The translations under genes were made by a program, and so were the position numbers. A DNA stretch of 64,000 nt from the IMG/VR virus record IMGVR_UViG_3300029288_000120, positions 1-64,000 of that record. One strand, given 5' to 3'. The notes below the pieces were generated by a model. That model did no database searches, was not told the DNA's origin, and saw nothing but the letters and a program-made list of their open reading frames with translations. Positions within the stretch are counted from its first letter, which is position 1. Each line of letters starts with the position of its first letter. This DNA is from a virus (lineage: Duplodnaviria > Caudoviricetes). This document shows, piece after piece, positions 63,676-64,000 of this stretch.

Positions 63676-64000
63676 ATGGGTTTCTTTTCATCTGAGTTGC
63701 GTGATAGTTATTCCTTGTTAAGTACTCAGTGTGGTAAATGTAAATTGGATCGTGGCTGCATCACACCCAAAATGCAACCAACAGGAGCAGGTAGGAAGGG
63801 TATTCTGATAGTTGCGGAAGCCCCTGGAGAAAAGGAGGATAGAGAAGGTATACAGTTAATAGGAAAAGCAGGGCAGTTGTTGAGAAAGTATCTTGGGGAA
63901 CTCGATATTAAACTGGATAGGGATTGTTGGAAAACCAATGCAGTAAACTGTAGACCAAAGGAAAACAGAACTCCAAAACCCAAGGAAATAGAAGCTTGTC
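63676..64000 (+). CDS. Family 4 uracil-DNA glycosylase domain (truncated at the window end)
   Basis: CGKCKL, VAEAPGEKED, GKAGQLL, TNAVNCRP..NRTP...EI.AC; AGGAGG RBS. Confidence 0.85.
   Translation, partial: MGFFSSELRDSYSLLSTQCGKCKLDRGCITPKMQPTGAGRKGILIVAEAPGEKEDREGIQLIGKAGQLLRKYLGELDIKLDRDCWKTNAVNCRPKENRTPKPKEIEAC

Noticed and set aside
1-64000. Alternative genetic code or stop-codon recoding
   Set aside because: Conserved genes translate full length in the standard code, and TAA, TAG and TGA all end genes.

Overview
This 64 kb window comes from a large tailed dsDNA phage (Caudoviricetes, HK97-fold capsid). No sheath gene is visible, so it is probably siphovirus-like. Every credible gene is on the + strand. 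Gene order: (1) head module, with adaptor, closure, portal and MuF genes interleaved with effector-like genes; (2) a block of hypotheticals; (3) prohead protease and major capsid; (4) tail module, with tube, frameshifted chaperones, tape measure and tail tip; (5) an ~8 kb glycosyl/methyl/sulfotransferase cluster; (6) XRE regulator and a 640-nt non-coding region; (7) early genes (AAA ATPase module, sigma factor); (8) replication genes (SNF2, primase, initiator with iterons, DnaB); (9) a 7-deazaguanine DNA-modification cluster, sliding clamp and truncated UDG. No terminase, lysin, integrase, tRNA or CRISPR array was recognised. Main candidates for new biology: (a) three head-region proteins share a K-FNPYHD..GRF..PDTGGGTGG tag fused to different effector domains, suggesting a capsid-cargo/polymorphic effector system; (b) an ~420-nt structured ncRNA whose 3' end would be cut by a well-formed type II hammerhead ribozyme; (c) poly-Ser virion proteins next to a Maf-like/GT/methyl/sulfotransferase cluster; (d) an AAA ATPase with Walker B placed before Walker A; (e) a deazaguanine cluster with a PRTase-FolE fusion and a PLP aminotransferase. 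All calls come from motifs read by eye; no database search was run.
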